A stretch of 61,597 nucleotides of DNA, the filler included, from Dimargaris cristalligena (taxonomy: Eukaryota): NCBI GenBank assembly GCA_003614675.1. It is 17 parts of 17 records of this genome, joined end to end, with 100 filler letters (N's around TTAATTAATTAA, not from the genome) between each part and the next. Parts side by side here need not be neighbours in the genome. Positions count along the whole stretch, not along the records: positions 50,890 to 54,397 come from ML003926.1; positions 54,498 to 58,003 come from ML003927.1; positions 58,104 to 61,597 come from ML003928.1; 14 more parts are not named here. One strand, written 5' to 3'. A program made the translations under genes and the position numbers. Below are positions 54,001-61,597 of the stretch, piece after piece. The stretch's first letter is position 1, and every line of letters begins with the position of its first letter. Under the pieces are notes generated by a model. That model was not told the DNA's origin. It saw only the letters and a list, made by a program, of their open reading frames with translations, and did not search any database.

Positions 54001-54397
54001 ATCGACCAGGCAAAGGAATGGCGTACCAGAGTAAGGAAACAAGCCATGGAACAACATAACCGACATGTCACAAGAAGACGATACATTGTGGGGGAACTAG
54101 TCACCGTCAAAGTGATCACAAAGCCTGCCAACCTAGCCAGTCGACCAGAATGAAGAATGGGTCCATTCCGAGTCCTGGAGAGGGCCGGTCTATCATACAG
54201 GCTGGCTGACCTCGATGGTAACCCCCGGCCCTGTAACGTCCATGGGGATCTTCTCCTCCCCTACTATACAAGTAATGAGGACGGGAATAACCAATCGGGA
54301 GAAATAGAGGCTACATCAAGGGTGCCGGCACTAATGGCACAGGCCACCACAGACGAGACGGACCAGAGCCATACCACCACGGAGACAAGAGATGAAC
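51050..54397 (+). mobile_element. pol: Divergent non-chromoviral Ty3/Gypsy pol (PR end, RT, RNase H, integrase) in one frame with five TGA stops
   Basis: DLLIGRSD; SIDLASYFTQIRL; RLVQGNSQSPA; GYINNIYL; LRVDAAEAGVGAVL; ADWLSR; HEELCHPG..CHVC; MDIGY; TDNGPQF; ELAERYV; MGPFRV. Stops at 51061, 51157, 52639, 52987 and 54151. Confidence 0.92.
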
Positions 54398-54996
54398 NNN
54401 NNNNNNNNNNNNNNNNNNNNNNNNNNNNNNNNNNNNNNNNNTTAATTAATTAANNNNNNNNNNNNNNNNNNNNNNNNNNNNNNNNNNNNNNNNNNNNATA
54501 ATTTATTCGTTGTCCACTCCCTCTGATACCTCCGTTCTAGCAGTTTGTTTCGGTAAGTCATTCATTTCGACATGTTACCTCTTGGAGTTTCTTTCGGTAT
54601 GAGGATATCATTGTACTTGACAGAAGGCGGTATTGCAGCCGCCTCATGTTGATTTACAGGTAAATTGTCTTTCGCCCCTATCTGACCGCCCATCTACTCT
54701 CCAATCCATTGTTGGGGAGCGTCGATAATGCTCAACTCAGCTTTGCTAACCCTGGTTCATGCATTATCCATACTATTGCCTACCTACCGCTGTAATAGAA
54801 CGTCTTTGACGATTGTCCAGGAACATTTTTGCCCGCTATTTTTATTTTATATGGTCCAGTCTAGAGTATTCCATTATTGGGCGAATTTTTAATAAAACAA
54901 CTATTTAACGCGGTTTATATATGGAGAATTGGTTGGAGGGCGGATTTGTTTTTGGTACGAGGGGTTTATAAGTACGTTTTAGGCGCAATCAGTCGC

Positions 54997-55593
54997 TTAG
55001 GCGGCTAGTTTATTTGGGAGCCTGTGGCTGCCCTGTTCAACGGTGCTCGTGAAATACGCATCGATGTCGTCCATTAAGGTGTTGTTATCTTCGTCACTCG
55101 TTTCGCCGGAGACCGATGGGCTACCGGGGCTATAGAACCGACCCCCAATATTGGAACATAATCTAAGGACACCCCGAATAGGTGATCGGTGGGAGGATTT
55201 GGGCGATTGGCAGTTACTGTCAGTTTGGTATTCTTCGTCAACTGAAGAGGGCGCAATGTCTTCGAAATCGTTACTTTCGGCGGTGGGATCCAAGGATACT
55301 TCGTCCTGAACAGGAATAACATTCAGAGTTGATAGATCATAAATGGAATTCAACTCAATGTCGTTTTGGGAAGACTCCGGCGCCAACCCGTTCACCGAAT
55401 TTTGGGGAGAGGGCAACTCGCCATCACTGTCGTAATCGTACCCATAGGTCAGGCCTCGGAAAGCCTTACCATAGTCTAGGTTCTGTCGCGAATTAGGTGT
55501 TGGAACAGGTTGAGTGACGGACACGGATGGAGTCGGGCTTACCACCACCAGTAGGGTGGGCACCAACAGTTTCAACAGGACGGTTACCACCAT
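54997..55593 (-). CDS. Putative secreted acidic Ser/Asp/Glu-rich orphan protein, 198 aa
   Basis: aaaATG start, hydrophobic N-terminus MVVTVLLKLLVPTLLVVVS, single exon, TATAAAG on the minus strand near 55824-55830. Confidence 0.7.
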   Translation of the reverse strand: MVVTVLLKLLVPTLLVVVSPTPSVSVTQPVPTPNSRQNLDYGKAFRGLTYGYDYDSDGELPSPQNSVNGLAPESSQNDIELNSIYDLSTLNVIPVQDEVSLDPTAESNDFEDIAPSSVDEEYQTDSNCQSPKSSHRSPIRGVLRLCSNIGGRFYSPGSPSVSGETSDEDNNTLMDDIDAYFTSTVEQGSHRLPNKLAA

Positions 55594-57843
55594 TTTTTAT
55601 GGAGCTGGGTTAACGGAATGGCAACGGTAACGGCAATGTGGAGGTGAATTGGCAGGCGGCTAATTAAAATTGATAGTCCCGTGGGGAGAATATATTGAAA
55701 TAGAGCTAGCGGATAGCGGTTTTTAGGAGTAGAGTCACAGAATGCGAGAGAAAAGTGACGAGGGTCAACTATTGGCGAATATTATCGTGAGGACTCGTCG
55801 ACAAGAGGTGCGGATTCGGCGGGCTTTATAGTCAACGAAATAGCATAAGGCAGTGTTAAGGGTTCATGGAATATTAATATATTTTAGTGGAAGCGACCAA
55901 AAGAGAGGACTATCAGAGACCGTTTTCCTATTAGAAAGCCACTCGGGAGTACAGACTGAAGGTCGCGGAGGTGAATGGGGAGGGGTAGTATCCGTTATCA
56001 GGAAGCCTGGCTGGTTGTCCACGGCAAACGATTATGGTAGCACGGCCGGGTGGTTGTGTAAGGGGAGAGGGGGTGTCTAAAAAGGGAGGGGGAAGTTCGA
56101 GCCGGCTGTATAACGTACCATCTATATGGGGGAACTTCGACCCTTTGGTCAAACGGGAAGCCGCCATCGTTCTTCCCTTTTTTTAATTTGCGTTTGCTTT
56201 CTATATATACCGGCCAAGACCAAGCCGACTCACGCACCCGTAGGATACCCGAAAAGGACCAGCCATACCCAGTCCCGACAATCGATGGAGTGCCCCAGGC
56301 TATCGGGGGCGCTATAAAATGGCTTCATTAGTCGACCAATTCATCACCAAAAGGGAAAGTCATGCTGGCGTTCCTTTGATCAATATACCCATCGAATGAA
56401 AATGGCCAAAGTAGTTAGTTGTACAGTCTACCCAGCACTGTACTTGGTCTTTGGTTGAACACTGCCACTGTCCTCTATGCACCCTTCTATTCGCTTGTCA
56501 TCTATTTTAAGCCATCTATCCTATTTCTTCTATATTCTGAGTACAGGTTAATCGGTACAGCCGTTGGACTCTGGTCGTGAGGGGCCCAACTTTAGAAAGT
56601 GGGCGGAGAATGGTGCCTCTATTTCAGCAAGGCCTGAAATCGACGAGACAGGTCACTTACTCGCAGAAGGTGGGATGTTCAACGGGTCGGAAAATAGAGG
56701 TTCGGGGTTTGGATATGGGAATTGATTTGGACTAGTAGGGTTAGTTAAACGGGTATTACACATGGGACCAGTACGCTAGGAATGGCGGGTTTAATTGTAA
56801 AAATAATCGAACACGGACATGGCTACCAGTAAGAATTGACTAAAAAGTGCCCAACGGAGAGGCCGAGAGAAATCCGGAGGATAAATTAGCATCGTCCCTT
56901 TTTAAAGAGGCAATGCCGCCCTTGGCTTGTATTAGGCAAAACCTATGAACTTAAGTCTCTGCATTCAGTATGCCATCAGAAAATGAAACTATGGCATTAG
57001 GGCTTTTTCAATGCAAAGCTAGAAAGTCATATTGCATTAGCTAATCCACCCTAATCGGACAGTGACCTTTCTGTACGGCTCACCTGTATTAAAACGCATG
57101 GCACCATATCATCTTTCCACAGCAACTCCTTCTGCTGTAAGGGTCCCCTAGTCTATCCACCCCCCCAATTACCTCTACTGCAATATTAAACCCGTATATA
57201 CATACCTTCATTATAGTAAGTGTACATTAGCACCATTCATGACTATTTGTTACCCCTTATACAAAGTAGCTTTCATCTTCCTAGTATTCAAAATTTTATA
57301 AAAAAGATTCTAGGGTTCTGCAAAGGAAAGATAGCTGCTGTGAACTCGTCGAAGTGCTCATTTCAAGGGTATTATTTATTAATAGACTCTTGATATTATT
57401 TGCTAGTCATTCCGAGTACTTCGGTACCTGCTAGCCATCATCTCAGCATCCATATCCATCACCAGCCATGTGTTCCAGGGCCCCTAGATACAGCCTAGCT
57501 ATGTCTTCAACTGAGCTCCTTACCTCTAATCCATGTCCCCTCTACATTAAAATTGAAGGGTCCTTTAGAAAAAAGTCGGAGTCATCTCTCGAATTTCCAA
57601 GTCTAGTATGTCGAAAGTGGAGCTGCCCAATACTACATTTACACTGTTAGACAAAATGACTTAATTTGAAGGGCTAACCCCATTAAATACAAATAAACCG
57701 ATTTATTACTAAAGTGATTGCTTGATGAGAACAGAGACCAAGGATTCGAGCCCCTAAGTAGTAAATTATAGACTAGTGGTGACAATTGGATATATAAAAC
57801 ATGTATATTCAAAGGTATGCTAAAAAGATAGTTGTTGTACAAT

Positions 57844-58003
57844 TGTGGTGCTGCAGAGTGCAGGTAACTGGAAGTATATTTAATTACCTGATTCCTTTAC
57901 TAATTAGAACCCATTTATCAACGTAAAGCATAGCTCCTTTAATCATACTCTATCAATTCATCCTGTAAAACCAATTATTCATCAAACAATATCATATATT
58001 TTA
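57844..58003 (+). repeat. Dispersed repeat family C, second copy
   Basis: Near-identical to about 10673-10832. Confidence 0.85.
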
Positions 58004-58164
58004 NNNNNNNNNNNNNNNNNNNNNNNNNNNNNNNNNNNNNNNNNNNNTTAATTAATTAANNNNNNNNNNNNNNNNNNNNNNNNNNNNNNNNNNNNNNNNN
58101 NNNCGGTGCCTACCCAACTTATCATCAAATACGCCCAGTACGTACGGCCTTCAATGACACCGGG

Positions 58165-59443
58165 AAGCTCGGCCGGGGCCAGACTGTGGGCGGAGTTGGC
58201 TTCGGATATAGTACGGCTAAGGGGCTCGTCGGTGTGATGGGAAGCCTGTGACGTGGGGGATATCAAGGTCGGGCCGGCGAAACCCCCGGGGCCCATACCC
58301 GCCATCAACCCGCCAGAACCATTGGGGCCGTCCCGGAGTTCGATAATGGCATTCATGAGGTGATAGCGTTTGCCAAAGGTGTTGATTTGGAGCTCCTTAA
58401 GGGTGGTCAGATTAAGATCGAGTAAAACATCGCCCGAAATTTCGTTCTCGATGAATATGGGAGCGAGGGAGCCGAACCCCTGCTGCTGCAACCAGGCCGC
58501 CACCTGCTCAATGGACCATTGCTCCGGAGGATCTTCCAGGGACAAATGGGCCAAGTTCATATCCGCGACTTCCGTAGGGAGGGCGGCAGGGGAAAGGGAG
58601 GGCTCATCGGGCAGGGAGTCCTCTTCCGCGGGAAATTTATCGGACCCGGGGGTCGCAGGGAGAGGCTTGTCCAGCACCGGGGTCTCAGCCACCCGGTTAG
58701 CATTGAAGATATTCCGGCTGGAATCCGGTGTTGGTTCGGTGACAGAAAAGGGCAGCTTAGGAACAGCGGGGGGAGGGGGTGAGGCCAAATCGGGCAGCGA
58801 GGAATCCTCCAAAAATTCGGAGTCGCGGAAATTAATCTCGAGATTATTAATCAGGTCGGCGTAGGGTTTCGAGTCGACGTAAAGCGAATGGGTGGCCGAG
58901 GCGGATGTGGGGGCTTCGGGAGTGAATGGCTGAGTGAAATTAACAGGGAAAAGCCCGACATGACCTTGCTCATTACGGCCCTGTTAGGAGAGGGTATTAA
59001 GTGGTGCACATGGTTTGGTATATGAAGCCAACCCAGCCACAGCCAGGGTGCAGTGATAAAGCAAAACGAGAGAGATGATTAATACTTGATTAATGGGTTT
59101 GGGGGAATATACCTGGCTTGGAGTTCAGCCCCGCGGACGGTGGCGCCCTCAACAAAGGGTAACAAGAATTCCACTACGAGCCTAAGCAAGGGGGTCGTAT
59201 TTTGGGAAAGCAACCCGAATGAAACCAGTAGGAGGGAGGCCCAACGGCCAAGAGCCATCTGGATGGAGGGGACCTCAATGCAACTGGGGAATGGCTTACC
59301 TGCCACCAGCCGTCGTTGTAGAGGTCGTCCTGTTCGAGGACTACCACTTGCTCACCAACGGCAAAGGATATTTCATCGTCGTGGTCCGCTTCGAAATCAT
59401 GGAGGGCGATGCGAATTCCGTGGGTCGCGTCGGCAACACTCAT
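58165..59443 (-). CDS. 5' part of a Boi1/Boi2/Pob1-like polarity adaptor (SH3 + SAM); exons 59443-59300 and 58980-58165
   Basis: SH3 ALHDFEADHDDEISF..DGWWQ|GRNEQGHVGLFPVNF across a phase-0 GTAAGC..CAG intron. SAM WSIEQVAAWL..FIENEISGDVLLDLNLTTLKELQINTFGKR. Confidence 0.88.
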
Positions 59444-60346
59444 GGTGGAGAATAGGAGAAGGGTTAGGAGGGGGATCGGCGTCGTCAGGCGCGCCTGGAA
59501 AAGAGAGGCCGCAGGAAATGGGGGCCAACAATAAACGGGGAGAAAGAGTTGGGCTGAGAAAAAAGTAAGGAGAGGAGAGAACAACTAGGCCAACGGGAAA
59601 AGAAAAGGGCGGGAACATACGGTGCATATACGCACTCAGGCTACTCACAGTGGGTGTATGCTTAAAAGGGGAAAGGTCGAACAGCCCAGCCAAGTCGCTG
59701 TTGGGCCTGCTGTGGAGATAAGCGCCTGGTTCTTCCTACCAAGGCCAGGTCGAAGCCTCGGTCGGTTGGGAAGAAGAGAACGCCCGTTCTGATGGACGAG
59801 TTTCAGTGGCAGGGGGGGCTGACAATGAGCCTGGTTTTCCACCTTCCTTTTCCTCCTGTCTTCCTATCTCCCCTCCGACTTTAAGAGGGGGTTGATAAAG
59901 TGAACCTGCCAGTCAGAATAGAGAGGCGGGTTCATTGTTCATCGGCCGGCGAATCATTCGGCTGCCCTCTCTCACTGCCCCTCGTTCCAGTGAACTAGGG
60001 GCCCTGGAATTACTGAGGCATAGAGATGAGGGTTAGTTCACTTTAACCACTTCCCAAGAAACACTCCAGTCGATAGAAACGCTCTTTTTATTAGCTGGTA
60101 CATGGGAAATTACATCTGGTCCATAGAGGACAAGTGATAGAGTAGGGGAGGAGATTGGCGAAAATTATTACAGATACAGGGCTATAGTAAGAGGGGGTGG
60201 AAGAATATAGGGGTACGAAATAGCATGAGAGGGATATTATAATTAAATAGATATAGAAAGGCATGAGAATTAGGAATGGGGTCATGGGGGGAAATGGCCT
60301 GGACATGGAACAAGGCGATGGTGGTCTAGGCAGCCCTGCCGACGGA

Positions 60347-61597
60347 TTAGAAGAGGGCTTGCCCGTACGTCTCGTTCTTCACTAAGCGGAGTTTGATAAT
60401 GCACAGCATCAGGTATTCCTCCCATTCGTTATCCTCCTGCTCGCGGCTGAGCACCTCCACTGACAGGCCATTGGTTTTGACAAGCCGGATGGTTCGGCCA
60501 AACAGGCGTAGCCGGAACAGCTGCCCGGGAACGGCGGGGAAGAGGCGGTCCCGAATAAGGGACCGGATGAATAATACCAGTAGAAAACCAAAGCAGACGA
60601 TGCCAAAGATCCACCAAATATTGGCGGTGTACATGAGCGTACCACCTTCGTGGGAGAAGCGGTCATAGAGGCCGGTAAACAGCAGGCCACCGCCAATCGC
60701 AGCAATGGACCAGGCGGTTAGGATAAGGCCGTGGCACGCCGAAATGTTATTGGGTCCGAACATGTCGGACAGGAAGGCGGGAATGACGGAGAATCCACCC
60801 CCGTAGCAGGCGGTGCCTACCCAACTTATCATCAAATACGCCCAGTACGTACGGCCTTCAATGACTCCGGGGAAAAACCCCAAAAAGATGCACTGGCCGC
60901 CCAGCATCAAACCAAAGGTAATCTTGCGACCAATGAGATCGGATACCGTGGCGAAGAAAATGCGCCCGAACAGATTGAAGCCGCCGTCAATAGATACCAC
61001 GGTGGCCGCACTATTCGCGGAGTTCTTAAAGAGCGTTTGGGTCATGTTGGACAGGCGCGAAATCACGACCAGCCCAAATAACTGGTTGGCCATAAACACA
61101 AAATAAAGAATCCAGAAGTCGCGGGAGGTGAGCGCTTGAATCAGGGAGATGCGGATCGTGGGGCGGTCATCGACCGTTTCCATTTCGTGGTGGCCTTCAA
61201 GGGACTTGGCGTGGGGCCGGGAAGGCTCAATGATAAGGCCGTTGATATTGTGACCGGGAGGGGGGACCCGCAGGATCTGGGCGCAGCCGAACATCACGAC
61301 AAAATAACAGGTGCCCATGATGGCAAAGGTGCGTGGTAGGCCCAGGTCGTTCATAAAGGTGAGCGGGATTTTGGCAAAGGCAATGGCACCCGCCCCAAAC
61401 CCATTCACGGCCAGGCCGGAGGCAAAGCCCCGCGAGGTCGGAAACCACTTGGTCACAATCGAAACAGTCACCACGTAACTAGCCCCGATTCCGGCACCAC
61501 CTATTATACCGTATCCAACGTAAATGAGAGCAATATGCCTAACGTGGAGCCCGAGGGCCGTCAGTAGATTGCCAATGTAAAAGAGGGTGGTGCCAAT
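60347..61597 (-). CDS. MFS transporter, oxalate:formate antiporter (OFA)-like; 5' end beyond the window
   Basis: Frame is open to 61597. YGIIGGAGIGASYV..VS..KWFP..RGFASGLAVNGFGAG; FNLFGRIFFATVSDLIGRK; CYGGGFSVIPAFLSDMFG. Confidence 0.92.
   Translation of the reverse strand: MGTTLFYIGNLLTALGLHVRHIALIYVGYGIIGGAGIGASYVVTVSIVTKWFPTSRGFASGLAVNGFGAGAIAFAKIPLTFMNDLGLPRTFAIMGTCYFVVMFGCAQILRVPPPGHNINGLIIEPSRPHAKSLEGHHEMETVDDRPTIRISLIQALTSRDFWILYFVFMANQLFGLVVISRLSNMTQTLFKNSANSAATVVSIDGGFNLFGRIFFATVSDLIGRKITFGLMLGGQCIFLGFFPGVIEGRTYWAYLMISWVGTACYGGGFSVIPAFLSDMFGPNNISACHGLILTAWSIAAIGGGLLFTGLYDRFSHEGGTLMYTANIWWIFGIVCFGFLLVLFIRSLIRDRLFPAVPGQLFRLRLFGRTIRLVKTNGLSVEVLSREQEDNEWEEYLMLCIIKLRLVKNETYGQALF

Noticed and set aside
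51061..54153. TGA readthrough, selenocysteine or an alternative genetic code in the Gypsy pol
   Set aside because: The sister copy has CAA at a homologous site, pointing to ancestral CGA and CpG decay.
3563..58103. Regularly spaced TTAATTAATTAA repeats about every 3.6 kb, and ORFs ending XXX-LIN
   Set aside because: Artificial linkers between size-sorted contigs; not a CRISPR-like array or a biological periodicity.
1..61597. A multi-gene system linking the Dna2 nuclease, reverse transcriptases and repeats
   Set aside because: The components are on unrelated contigs; Dna2 is the ordinary replication enzyme and the RTs belong to LTR retrotransposons.

Overview
Eukaryotic, most likely early-diverging fungal, draft-assembly DNA. 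The taxon is inferred only from gene content and intron style. The window is not one locus: it is 17 contigs of about 3.5 kb, in descending size order, joined by an artificial 100-nt linker (44 N + TTAATTAATTAA + 44 N), so adjacency across linkers is meaningless. Housekeeping genes and fragments: DNA2 (split over two contigs that join exactly), She4/UNC-45-like, Ams1-like GH38 alpha-mannosidase, Boi1/Pob1-like SH3-SAM, an OFA-type MFS transporter, a spermidine-synthase-like methyltransferase and a C2-domain fragment. There are six small signal-peptide proteins (CAP/SCP, tandem hevein, Gly-Gly-X repeat, three orphans) and a decayed HMT1/ABCB6-like ABC pseudogene. Transposon relics are abundant: two chromovirus-type Ty3/Gypsy pieces, two copies of a divergent Gypsy, a Copia, a Sola-like DDE transposase and three dispersed LTR-like families. 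Most notable signals: a Tf1-like 11-nt self-priming PBS, two-strand CpG hypermutation of repeats, and an in-frame Boi/MFS chimeric junction. I could not demonstrate a wholly new multi-gene system.
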